Source: Octopus bimaculoides
Lineage: Eukaryota
Length of the DNA: 64,000 bases
Direction of reading: 5' to 3'
NCBI RefSeq assembly: GCF_001194135.2
Contig: NC_068992.1
Coordinates: forward strand, 10,669,950-10,733,949
Part shown: in pieces, positions 36,959 to 48,817 of the stretch
Layout: each line of letters starts with the position of its first letter
Position numbering within the stretch: position 1 is the stretch's first letter
Notes under the pieces: model-generated
What the model saw: only the letters and a program-made list of their open reading frames with translations
What the model was told of the DNA's origin: nothing
Database searches by the model: none
Position numbers and translations under genes: made by a program

Positions 36959-37185
36959 CACACACACATATTTATAAAGGTTTTTAATACTATTTCAATA
37001 AGTAGCAGATTCCTCAAGTATTTATCTGTTCTATAAAATTGCTACCAATATATATTACAGAATCAATCTCAGAATACAGCTCACTTATAGTCTGTTTTTA
37101 CAGGAAAATGAAATAGAAAGACATTTATTTGTTAATCTAATTCTGTTGGTTGGATGGGTTCACACACAGACCCGTACTCATATGT

Positions 37186-37219
<34 letters not shown>

Positions 37220-37359
37220 ATGCATACAGACACAGACACGCACACACATACAAATATACATACAATTCATAATTTTTAAGCTTTTTGTAAAAGCAAAAAT
37301 AATGAATAATGGCAGAAGTTTTATTATGTTCGTATAACTTTTAATATTGTGTCTGAGCA

Positions 37360-37399
<40 letters not shown>

Positions 37400-39056
37400 T
37401 CTCCAGTTGATATATATATATATGCATATATACGTACATATAGATAATATGTAAATATATATATACATACACATGTACACACACACACACACACATATAT
37501 ATATGCATATGTGTGTAATACATATATATGTATATATATGGCAAATGGAAGATGGAATATACCAGAATTTATTATTAATCATGACAATTGTTTTGACACA
37601 TCTAACATTGTTCCCTTGTGGTAGGACACTCAACAACTGGTTCAAGAGCATCCAAACCTATAGACGGATGCTCTAAAAATTGCCCTAGACTCACTATCAT
37701 ATCACCATGGCATCCCAACAATACCTTTGCTTATTTGAGGGCCCAATGCAAGACTCTTTCTTGATATATTTGCACCTGTTCCAACACACGATCACAGACT
37801 CAGTCGCTCCAACTTTATATTGCTTTAAAAGAGAATCGGGCAGCTTCTGGCAGACTTTCAATAAAAGTGAATAAATGTTTTAAATATTTCTCCTCTAAAG
37901 ATAATATTTAAAACTCTTCAACTTTTCAATTAAAACATTTTCATCATATTTACTTCTACAGCAAATTGACAGAATCATTAAAGTGTTGTATAGAACATAT
38001 TGCAGTATCCATCCCAGCCTCTTTGCTCTCTGAGTTCATATTCTGCCAATGTCAGCTTTGCCTTTCATCCTTTATGGGGCTAATAAATAAAGCATCAGTC
38101 TAGTACTGGTGACAATTTTTCTCTCCTTCTTTCTTTGCTAAGTCTATCAGTCTTTCTTTCTTTTTCTTTCTTTATCTCTGTCCATCTTTTTACCTGCCTG
38201 GAAGAAATCACCAGTTGTCAGATATGAAGAGAGATAAAACCTCAGCAGGTTTAAAGATACTCAAAAAACATCATGTATCATAATAAACTGCTTTCCAATA
38301 CTCTTAGACATTGAGGACCGGAGGAAAGGCAAAACATTTGTACCTGCTTTTGATTGGTTTTGATCTCCAATCGTCATCAGCCAGGGTTCTTTTCTATGGA
38401 TGCTAACATAGTAACAGATGCATTTAGAACTAAGAATTTCATGAATGAAACTACTATAAACTTCAGCTTAAAAATAGATATTCTTGGAATCCAGTCAAGT
38501 ATCATAAAAAAAAATACAGCTGATTATTAATTTTATGATTGAAGAGCAGTGTGATCAAAACTAAGTGTAGGTGTAAATATTATAAGATTTCCATTGCTAA
38601 TTATTTTCATCAGATACAAATTTAAAAAGTGAAGTAAACAAAGAATCCTGTTAATAGCAGTTCAAGTCATTTAATCTTTTTTTAATTGTGAATTAACATT
38701 AGAAGAACGATATCATTTTGCATGTATAGAATTTAGTTTTGTTGGTGTTTTATGAATATTATCTCTTAATAAATTTTGCCAAGAGAAAGTAATGTCCTGT
38801 TAATGATCTTTGCAGGCCCCTCTGAGATTGGTGTTTGTTCTCTTTTATGTCTATTTTTCCATGATAGTATGGGTTAGATGAATATATTGTTGACATTGTA
38901 TTTTACAGCTGGAGGCCTTTGCTGCTGCTAATTCTCTGTCTCATTTTCAAGTGAGAGATCTCTTGCTTCATGTTTTCAATAGTGTGGAGTGAGTAGATGC
39001 TCTGTTGACAGGAGAATTGCAATAACAGTGCCCATAGCTTGTGACTTTTGCAGAGT

Positions 39057-39126
39057 GCCGGATAACTGAAGAGATGTTAGCGTGGGTTCCCACCTCAGCA
39101 TCCGAAACTCGGAGTTTTATCATGGC
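39057..39126 (+). ncRNA. Minimal type I hammerhead ribozyme fold, probably a Penelope-like element pLTR relic
   Basis: Stem I GCCGGAUAA (39057-65) / UUAUC-A-UGGC (39117-26); core CUGAAGA (39066-72); stem II GAUGUU...AGCAUCC with inner GUGG-GUUC-CCAC hairpin; GAAA (39104-07); quasi-palindromic stem III ACUC-G-GAGU; NUH triplet GUU (39114-16). Folded by eye. Confidence 0.7.
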
Positions 39127-39222
39127 TACCGAATAAGTGTCATATATTATTTACAGATAAATTCCTCTATTTACATAATATCGAGGTCTCTTTCTTTCTT
39201 TTGTTGTCCTTCCTATCAATAA

Positions 39223-39268
<46 letters not shown>

Positions 39269-39423
39269 GCTTAAATAAATATATATGCTACAAAATTGTT
39301 TCAGTTTCCATTGACCAAATCAATTCATAAGACTTTGTTGCTGAACTTGGGCTATAATAGAAGAACTTGACCAAGGTGCTAAATAGTGAGAATTTCTTAA
39401 CTGCATGGCTATGCTTATGCTGA

Positions 39424-39700
39424 TCATCATCATCATCGTTTAACGTCCGCTTTCCATGCTAGCATGGGTTGGACGATTTGACTGAGGACTGGTGAAACCG
39501 GATGGCAACACCAGGCTCCAGTCTGATTTGGCAGAGTTTCTACAGCTGGATGCCCTTCCTAACGCCAACCACTCAGAGAGTGTAGTGGGTGCTTTTACGT
39601 GTCACCCGCACGAAAACGGCCACGCTCGAAATGGTGTCTTTTATGTGCCACCCGCACAAGAACCAGTCCAGGGGCACTGGCAACGATCTTACTTGGCTTG
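39424..39700 (-). mobile_element. family R (RTE-type 3' tail), young copy
   Basis: (CAT)n-CGTTTAACGTCCGCTTTCCATGCTAGCATGGGTTGGACGATTTGACTGAGGACTGG...GGATGCCCTTCCTAACGCCAACCAC; near-identical to 43438-43633 and 60184-60530. Confidence 0.85.
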
Positions 39701-39974
39701 CCGGGTCTTAATATATTACTTAAAGTACCATTTTATGCTGTCAAGTATCCTCATACTAAATGCATGTGTGTCTCAAGTGTTTCAGTAGTGATATACACTA
39801 TAATAAAGTGTGTATTTTGTGCTGTTTGCTGGAGAAGTTATCTTCTTGTAATAGGAAGCAAAAGATTTATCTTCCTTCAAATTTTTTATTAGAGTTATTT
39901 TGATAAATTTGTTGCATTTTTTAACTTTATCTTTGACATTTTATTTTCTCTTCTGAAAACAAAATTTTGAGTGT

Positions 39975-40430
39975 TAAAATGTGTGTGTGCGTATTTATGT
40001 GTGAGTGTGTGTGTATGTGTATGCATACATATGGTGTACATTTATACAGACATACACACACATACACCTATACACATTAACCACAAACATATATAGATAC
40101 AGACATCCATACCTACATAATACATATGTACATAATATATACATACATACATACACACTTGTGCGTGTGTGTGTGTCTGTGTATGTGCATACATACGTAG
40201 ATACAGACATATATACCTACATAATACATACATACATACACACTTATGTGTGTGTGTGTGTATGTGTGTATATGTGTGTATTTGTGCATGTGTGTCTGTG
40301 TGTGTGTGTATACATATGATGTACATTTATACATACATACACATACACATATACACATCCATTACATACATACGTAGATACAGACGTACATATGTACACA
40401 CATACACACTTGTGTGTGTGTTTGTGTGTA
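39975..40430. repeat. compound (TA/CA/TG) microsatellite with higher-order repeats
   Basis: Motif TAGATACAGACAT..ATACCTACATAATACATA recurs at about 40095 and 40198, partially at 40376. Confidence 0.85.
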
Positions 40431-41339
40431 TGGTTAAATAAAACATAAAGAGGTTAGCAAAACTTAATAATATAAAACTTTGTACATTTAGTATAAATTT
40501 ATGTAAGGTTCGGTTTTTAAAGTTTATTCCTAAGAAGTATTAGAAAAATGTTACCTGTTATAATGCCTGTTTTTTCATTATAAGGTTGATTATTTTTTCT
40601 TTTTTTACATTATTTTGCTCACCTAAAAATGAATGATTAATGTTACCAGCTGTCTAATGTTTAAGAAGATCCATATATAATCCATATTGCAACAGCTTAT
40701 ATATTTATGCCAAGTAGATTACACCAGAATGAACAGATAATAAAATTCAAAAGTCAACTATAAATTATCCATCTTGTAATAATATATTTCTTATTCACTG
40801 TGATATGTCATTGTTATGCTAAAATTATTCTAGCATTGCTTGTGTTTTACATGTTTACACATAATCAAAGATGTCTATTGGGGTGGCCAGTTCAGATCAA
40901 TGGTAAAGTGCTTGGATATTCAGTTAGGTACAGCTTCTCAATATAGAGTATTATTTTTCACCTTTTATTTGTTTCAGACTTTAAATTGAATTTTGCAAAA
41001 TAATTCATGCTAAAAACATTGATTCAGAATTTAAAATTAGGTAAGAATATCAACAAAATCTTTCATTCACATCAACTTTATTATTTAAGTTCTTACCCGA
41101 TTCTGGAGCAAAAGCCATCAACACCTTTTCTCTGCTGTTCAAGGCTTATTGAGGGAAGTTTGCTTTTATACTAGTCAGGGGTTTTGGCCCTCTACATACC
41201 CATCTTTACTTGTGAGTGGTGGTCCACATTGGATTGACCTCTATCCTCAGAGTCACTGAGGCATATAAGCCATCACACCTCAGCAAGAACTGAACCTTGT
41301 GGGAGACATGAACTTTATTGTCTTCATATGCATTGAGAT

Positions 41340-42070
41340 TTCCATCCAAGACAAAAACTAAAGAAGCTCATTTAATTCTTTGAGGAGGAACCTTTTCTAT
41401 AAGATCTTTATTAATTAGTTTTCTAAACTTTGTTATGACTAATACTTTAATGTGTATTTGTAATGGGCTTGCTTGAAAATAAAATGGCCTGATATTTCCT
41501 TTGTGAAGAATATTAGCCTTAAAAGCCTCTTAATCTCCCAAAATAGCCCATTTCATGAATTAATAATGAACTATTAACATTCATCACATCCATTTGAAAC
41601 AAACCATGCTCTTTTCCTTTTTGCAACATTCAGCTACAATAACATTCACAACATCTATTCTCTTATCAGTTTCTGCTAATGCATCAAAACTTCCAAAACA
41701 TTTCAATGATTAATCCATCAAATTGTTTTAGTTTGAGATGAACATTTTTAACTTTGATTTATTCTCCAAATCCATCCAGAAATTGTGAGGTATTACAGTC
41801 ACTTGACTGCCAGTATCAACTTGCATCTTAATGATAACATTATCAGGTTTTTCACATTAAGCATTATAATATTTGTTACACCAATATCAAAAAGCAGAAT
41901 CTTCATTTCTGATTTCTTCAATTTCTCCAATTTCTTCAATTTCTTCAACTTCTTTTTGGTAACTTTACAGACTGCCGGAAATTGGTTCTTTTCCCCACAT
42001 CTAATATAACTTTTCCCATATTCATGCTATTTTGATGATGCATGCTTATATTCACAAAAAAGCAGCATTT
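41340..42070 (-). pseudogene. Ty3/Gypsy gag zinc knuckle - aspartic protease - start of RT (degenerate)
   Basis: On -: YGKSYIRCGEKNQFPAVCK (decayed CCHC knuckle), IIKMQVDTGSQVTVIPHNFWMDL (DTG at 41809-41817), LKLKQFDG, EHGLFQMDV, GFKANI...PFYFQASPLQIHI...LIEKVPPQRIK*ASLV (RT N-terminus before W.SP.V); frameshifts and stops. Confidence 0.85.
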
Positions 42071-42545
42071 ATAATCAGATATATATTTGATTACAACATA
42101 TGACACAGTGATATCATCATGTCATGAAGATTACCTTTCCTTTCTAATTCATTATGCATCGTGTGAAACTTTGAAATCATGCAAACCTATTTGAATGAAT
42201 TAAATACATGCATTAAACTCTGGGTCATGTAGTTAAGATATGTGTTCATATAATTATCTGATGAGTGTATGTTATTAATGAGTTTCATTTGAATTATGTC
42301 ATTATTTAGCACTCAGCCCTTGAATTTCAGTTTTATCAAATTCACTAAAACATAAGAATCAATTAAGAATAACTTTGAGCCAGTTTAGTCAGATTTAAAA
42401 AGGATATATTATCAACCAGAAATGTACGATTTTTGCCAGTTCAAATATTCTTGGGGCATATTTGAACCCAAAAGAAAGCCGTTCACTGTGTTTTGTTGTA
42501 GAGGAAATTTCTTGCTGTAGACAAATGGTGTAAATACATCTAAAA

Positions 42546-42703
42546 GGTGCAGGCATGGCTGTGTGGTAAGAAGCTTGCTTACCAACCACATGTTTCCAGG
42601 TTCAGCCCCTCTGTGTGACATCTTGGGCAAGTGTCTTCTACTATAACCTTGGGCCGACCAAAGCCTTGTGAGTGGATTCGGTAGACAGAAACTGAAAGAA
42701 GTC

Positions 42704-42755
<52 letters not shown>

Positions 42756-43012
42756 ATATATATATATATGTGTATATTTGTGTGTTTTGTGTGTGCCTTT
42801 GTGCTTGTCCCCACTGCTATCATTTGACAACCAATGCTGGTGTGTTTATGTCCATGTAACTTAGCAGTTCAGCAAAAGAGACCAATAGAATAAGTACTAG
42901 GCTTACAAAGAATAAGTCCTGAGGTTGATTTCTTCGACTAACACCCTTTAAGGCAGTGCTCCAGCATGGCTGCAGTCAAATGACTGAAACAAGTAAAAGA
43001 ATAAAAGAATAA
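42546..43012 (+). mobile_element. SINE family A, full length (tail A1), with expanded internal (TA)n
   Basis: aggtgcaggcatggctgtgtggtaagaagcttgcttaccaaccacatg...gaaactgaaagaagtccattg(TA)n...gtgctccagcatggctgcagtcaaatgactgaaacaagtaaaagaataaaagaat. Confidence 0.9.
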
Positions 43013-43276
43013 GAGAAAATTAGCTGGCAATGCCACCTGTCCAGACTGTGAGATGTAAGCATTTTGGAGTGGTTATCTTCTCTTCAGTCGCAGAAACTGG
43101 ATGCAGACTTTGTGAGCTGATAAGACAGGTCGTTTCTCATGGTACTCCTGTTGTTGTACAGTGACTGGTTGTTCCAGTTGGCAACTCACCATTTCCATCA
43201 CAAATCACAGAGAATAGCTTTCTTACATGTTTGAATAAGCCCCCCGGCATATTTGAACTGGTAACAAGTCAATTTT

Positions 43277-43437
43277 GAGGAGGGAGCCAGTACACAACTG
43301 GTACTTAATTTATTGACCCCCCAAAAGGATGAAAGGCAAAGTTGACCTTGGCAGAATTTGAACTCAGAACGAAGTGGCAGACAAAATATCGCTAAGCATT
43401 TCTCCTGGCATGCTAACGTTTCTGGTAGCTTGCCGCC
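43277..43437 (-). mobile_element. SINE family B
   Basis: actggtacttaatttattgacc...ggatgaaaggcaaagttgaccttggcagaatttgaactcagaacg...gctaacgtttctggtagcttgccgcc. Confidence 0.85.
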
Positions 43438-43633
43438 ATCATCATCATCATCATCATCATCATCGTCGTCGTCGTTTAACGTCTGATTTCCATGCTAGCA
43501 TGGGTTGGACGATTTGACTGAGGACTGGCGAACCGGATGGCTGTACCAGGCTCCAATCTGATTTGGCAGAGTTTCTACAGCTGGATGCCCTTCCTAACGC
43601 CAACCACTCCGAGAGTGTAGTGGGTGCTTTTAT
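43438..43633 (-). mobile_element. family R young copy
   Basis: (CAT)n(CGT)n-TTAACGTCTGATTTCCATGCTAGCATGGGTTGGACGATTTGACTGAGG...GAGAGTGTAGTGGGTGCTTTTA. Confidence 0.85.
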
Positions 43634-43729
43634 ATGTACATACACACACACACACATACACACACACACACACACATGTTCTTAATATTTACTGATACAT
43701 AAGCTAGGTGGCCAGAAGAAACAGAAACG

Positions 43730-44400
43730 GTTAGGTTGGTATTAAGAATTCTGCCAGAGACTGTAATCCGTAATCCAAATCATTAGCATTTGACAATACC
43801 AGTGTATTCTGTGATAGTGGACATGTGCATGTGGCTTGATAACACTGGACATAAAGCAATGAAAATACTTCCATATCATCCAGAATCAAACGAAGTTGCT
43901 GACAGAATGATTGCAAGTGTTAAAGTGGGTTTAAAAGCATATTCACCAAGTAAAAGTTTTGTTAATGCATATTTGAGTTGTAAGCTTTTGAGTTACCAGA
44001 CACTCCTTCAATTAAGAAGCTATCTTCTTAGTCCATCTACTTTGATGGGTAAATAACTGCTATCAACGTTAACAATATCTTGTGGAACTGCATCTCTAGT
44101 TTGGTATCAATGCAGAAGAAATGATGGACTGCAACAAGTTAGATTTATATCTCGAGCAAGTAATAATACAGCAGTGATACTTAAGAGGGAAAAGTGTGAA
44201 TAGCTCAAACAGATCAAATAAACAATGACACAGATATTGTCAGAGAACAAAGTGCAGATTCAGTCCCTCAAGCTTTGAATGCTATTCTCAATTCTATTAT
44301 TAAAGATTGGGATTTCATAACCGATACAGGAACAAACATTGCAAATGGTATTAGATACAGTTCTCAAACAAAAAGAATTACATCGATTTGTTTCTGGGAA
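43730..44400 (+). pseudogene. Ty3/Gypsy integrase core and 3' remnant
   Basis: AFDNTSVFCD (VSDN..F), then ORF 43790-44056 WLDNTGHKAMKILPYHPESNEVADRMIASVKVGLKAYSP...YLSCKLLSYQT...SPSTLMGK = integrase P.Y.P.SNG.AER.V...K.GLK...LL.YR....SP..LMG; downstream VRFISRASNNTAVI. Confidence 0.8.
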
Positions 44401-44999
44401 ATGTAATAGCGTTGTCATGCTAAGCATAGCGTGCATCTTTACATGTTTACAGTGATGGAAATTATTTAAGGTGACTACCATTCTATACCAGGGAGCTTTG
44501 CTAGTCAGTTGTATAAAGCTTTTCTCGAAGGAAAGGGTTAAATATGACTATAATTTTATTCAGATAAATTTAGTATAACACAACACACTGACACAATGCC
44601 ACGGGTTTTGTGTAATCAACTGAATAAACCCCAGCATATAACTGGTACTTTATTTCCTTAACATTATAGAGATGAGAGATAAAGTCAACTATAGTGATAT
44701 CTCAATCGTCAATCTACTGTGAAGAAACTAAATACAGCAACCATTTACTCTAGTGATGCCCAGTAAGTCATATCCATGGCTTTTGGTAGAATTTAATATT
44801 TCTGATTTGCTTTTGTTCTCTTACAATCGCATTCCAATTCATAAGGGAAGAATATATAATTGAATGAATCCTGTCCATCACACAACAGATTCTTGATCCA
44901 TTGCTCTTGGGAAGGTAAAAACACAGCAACACCCATGTTGCGTCAAAATAATGGTCATGTCATTAGAAAGTTTACTCCTCAATTATTTAGTTTCAGGTT

Positions 45000-45150
45000 C
45001 AGTTCCTGTGTGAAATTTTAGACAAATGACTTCTTCCATAATCTTTGACTGATGACAACAGTCTTATGAGTACATTTGTCAGAAGGAAACTGAAAGGAAT
45101 GCATCATATATGTANNNNNNNNNNAGAAGGAAACTGAAAGGAATGCATCA

Positions 45151-45225
<75 letters not shown>

Positions 45226-45575
45226 TTGTTGGTAACTCTGTCTGTCTGTCTGTATGTATGTATGTATGTATGTATGTGCATGTGTGTATGTATGTGCATG
45301 TGTGTATGTATGTGCATGTGTATGTGTGTGTATGTGCTTGTGCTTCCTTGTCACGACGTTGTGTGATAGATGTAAATGAGCCTCACCATCACATGAGAGG
45401 TATTGCTTATTTCCAATCTTCCAAAAACTGTGTAGATATGAGGAAATATTCCCTTGCTTGGAAACAGATGAACATAGGTGACAAGAAGGGGATTTAGCCA
45501 TAGAGAATCTGCCTCAACAAATTCTATCTGACCCATGCAAGCATCAAAAGTGGACATTAAAATGTTGATGAGAGA
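45000..45575 (+). mobile_element. SINE family A head + microsatellite + RTE-like tail A2
   Basis: Head aggttcagttcctgtgtg...gaaactgaaagg; tail ttccaatcttcc...gaaatattcccttgcttggaaacag...gtagagaatctgcctcaacaaattctatctgacccatgcaagcatcaaaagtggacattaaaatgttgatg. Confidence 0.7.
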
Positions 45576-46182
45576 GACTGACATAATATTGATACTGTAT
45601 TAATAAAACATGTACTTTAAATCTATAATCAGGCAAATTTCCACTGCCTTCTTTTGCATGTATCGATATTTTGAGATTTATGAACTTTCTATAACGGAAT
45701 GGTATGGCTGTTGGCATGATATATCTGCTTCATTATTGATGAAGCCAGTTGCATCAACTCTTTCCAGATCAACCATAACACCCTGACCCAACAAAATCAT
45801 GGTCAAAGACATGGCCCTCATGACCATTATTCAATCTTATTTTCAGACATGTATATCTAAGATTATATTCTCTAAAATGTCCCTTCTTTTAATAGCACAG
45901 TCCAATTTGAGAGAGACTGGGCTGCTACTTCTTGCAAATTCACCTACCACATAAGGAGTTCCTCATTGACACAAAAGCTAATGCTTACTTTACTGAGGTA
46001 ACAGAAGTATTTTTTAATAAAGTTTGCTTTAAAACTCTGATGTTTATGCTTATAGTTTCATCCACTAAGTTCAAACTCTAGAAATGTGCATACATTGTCA
46101 GTTAGCTTGTGATCATTTGCTTGTTTCTTTAATTCATTGATATGGGTGGTCAAGCTCTGCAATAATAACTTACAGAACCTTG

Positions 46183-46466
46183 TTAACCTATTACCTCCCA
46201 TAATTCTATCAACTGGAATTTTTTTTATGAAACTTTGATTTCTAGCATAAAACAGCCTTAGAAACACGCTGGAATGATCAAAATAACATTTAAAATAGAA
46301 ATAAGCGAGATATTGGGTGAAAAATTAGCAAACCTCATTTGAATATCAGAGAAATATACCTAGTAGATATAGCAAAAAGGTTAGATATGTGTAAATATTG
46401 ACAGATAATTACGAAATTTGTAATTTTTAAGTGATCTCATGAGATCACTGGTAGGTAATGGGTTAA
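46183..46466. mobile_element. piggyBac-like MITE with TTAA flanks
   Basis: TTAA (46183-86) + CCTATTACCTCCCA ... TGGTAGGTAATGGG + TTAA (46463-66); 14-bp TIR with 2 mismatches; subterminal perfect 20-bp palindrome AGTGATCTCATGAGATCACT (46430-46449). Confidence 0.7.
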
Positions 46467-47279
46467 AAAAATAATTAAAAAAAAACTTGTAAGTAAAATA
46501 ATTTATGAGCCCAGCTCTGAAGGTCTTAGTGTGGCTGTAGTTATGATATTAGCGATTCACTATTATTGGGAGTTTGTAACTCCTTATCAGTCCTTGTAGA
46601 GTCCATTCCGGATCAACTCTGATCCATCAAAATCCCAATCAGAGGCATTATCTTATTTTCAAACATAGTGTATCTAGGATTACAGTATCTAAAGTGTTCC
46701 CTCTTTTTTTTTATAAAACAGCAGGGTGTGGCTTGAAGGAATTTGGCTGCTTCATGCAATTCTTGTTATTTTTGTTGTTTGTTCTTATTTTCAAAGGCCT
46801 TGAGAAATGTCATCTGTGATCCTTCATTGCTGAAACGAAAACTTTGTTAGTTAAATCAGTAACCATCTGAGTGTCGATCACTAAGTTTGACAGAGGTCAA
46901 AGGAACTCTAAAGAGAAGCACTTGACAGGCAACTAATGATTAAAAGCAATGATATGGAAGCTAGCCAACATCAGAATGAAATTTAGGGAATGTTAATGGA
47001 AACATCTGCTTCTTGCACGGCCTTCTGTCTTCTGTGATCATCTTATCTAATATGTAAAATGTGGTAGAATTATCAAGATCTGAACACCTCAACAGAAATG
47101 TTAGAATTGGCATATTAGTTATGTGTTTACAAATGTTAAATATGGTTTGGTAGGTTTTGCTATTATTTTAGGGCAAAAGTGAGCTTTTTCACTTATTTTA
47201 TTCAAACGATGTTTATTGAAAATGATATTAGAAATAGAACCCTTGCCATTTTCAGCTGCACAGTTTACAAGATGGTTAC

Positions 47280-47317
<38 letters not shown>

Positions 47318-47436
47318 CTGTGAATTTGCGTGTGTAAACTGGGAATGCATACAATGAGTTTCTCTGCCCTAGGTGTACGGAAAACACTCGGCGAGAAATG
47401 GAAGAAAATTTGAAGAAAGAAGAAAAAAAAGACAAC

Positions 47437-47491
<55 letters not shown>

Positions 47492-47513
47492 TGATGATGA
47501 TGATAATAATCAT

Positions 47514-47695
47514 TTCAAATTTTGATACAAGACCAGCAATGTTAGTGGAGGGCTCTATCAATTACACCAAATTCAGTTCTTAATTTTATTGACTCCAAAA
47601 GGATGAAAGTCAAAGTCGAGTTTGGCAGAATTTGAATTCGGAACATACAGAGCTGGAAGAAATGTTGCTAAGCATTTTATCTGACTCACTAACGA
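47514..47695 (-). mobile_element. SINE family B (tail B2)
   Basis: tttcaaattttgatacaagaccagc...ggatgaaagtcaaagtcgagtttggcagaatttgaattcgg...gctaagcatttt. Confidence 0.75.
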
Positions 47696-48311
47696 TCCTA
47701 AAAAAACTTTCCAAGAAATAATTATTACCAAATTTGATATCCTTATGTAAGATGTAAAATTTGCATAGAAAAATCAAATTGCTTTAGCTGGTAAAATTTA
47801 TTCAGACGGTAGGATCTTTTTTAAAGATGACAGTTCTAAATATGGAATAGAAACATTAATGTCACGTAATTAGACACTAATTGGGAAAACGAAAATGGCA
47901 GTTATTTTCCTTCCTCCAATTATATTTTATCTATTTAATGTTCACCCTTTACATTTAATAAATGCAAATCAATTTTTATTTTTACCATTTTGCATTTATT
48001 TTTAATTAATGCTTGCATAAGTCGGTTTGTTATTTTTGTTTGTTGTAAATATTTGCTTTTTACAACTGGATACCTTTCTTGCTTTTTACCTCTGAACTAT
48101 AAACAGAGTGTAGAACATCTCTCTTGCTCAGTCAAACAGTTTGGAGTAAAACTGAGTTAAATGCCTGAGCCAGTAAAACCTGAGTTTATTTATTCATTTA
48201 AGAAGCTTGTTTTCCAAGTACATAGTCTCAGGTTCAGTCCCACTACATGCCACCTAGGGCAAGTGTTTTCTACTCTAGCTCCTGAGCTGCACAAAGCCTT
48301 GTAAGTAGATT

Positions 48312-48510
48312 TACTCTTTTACTTGTTTCAGTCATTTGACTGCAGCCATGCTGGAGCACCGCCTTTAGTCGAGCAAATCAACCCCGGGAGTTATTCTTTG
48401 TAAGCCTAGTACTTATTCTATCGGTCTCTTTTGCCAAACCGCTAAGTGACAGGGGCATAAATACACCAAATGCTACGGGGACAAACACAGACACACAAAC
48501 ACACACACAC
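48312..48510 (-). mobile_element. SINE family A 3' half (tail A1); an opposite-strand A head lies at about 48200-48310
   Basis: tactcttttacttgtttcagtcatttgactgcagccatgctggagcaccgcctttagtcgagcaaatc...ggggacaaacacagacac. Confidence 0.85.
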
Positions 48511-48582
48511 ACACACATATAGTCAGAATGTAAAGAGAGACGAAATACCTTTAAGCATTTCACCTGGCATGCTAATGTTTCT

Positions 48583-48817
48583 TATTTCTTTATTGCCCAC
48601 AAGGGGATAAACATAGAGGGGACACACAAGGACAGACAAAGGGATTAAAGTTGATTATAATGACCCCAGTGTGTAACTAGTACTTAATTTATTGACCCCG
48701 AAAAGATGAAAGGCAAAGTCGACCTCGGCAGAATTTGAACTCAGAACATAACGGCAGATGAAATACTGCTAAGCATTTCGCTCGGCATGCTAATGTTTCT
48801 GCCAGCTCGCTGCCTTA
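48583..48817 (-). mobile_element. SINE family B (tail B1), full length
   Basis: ttatttctttattgcccacaagggg...gatgaaaggcaaagtcgacctcggcagaatttgaactcagaac...tttctgccagctcgctgcctt; closely matches 409-654. Confidence 0.9.

Noticed and set aside
38340-38390. Minus-strand CTGATGA-CGATTGGAGATC-AAAACCAATC as a possible hammerhead
   Set aside because: GAAA absent and no stem I complementarity; needs several assumed mutations.
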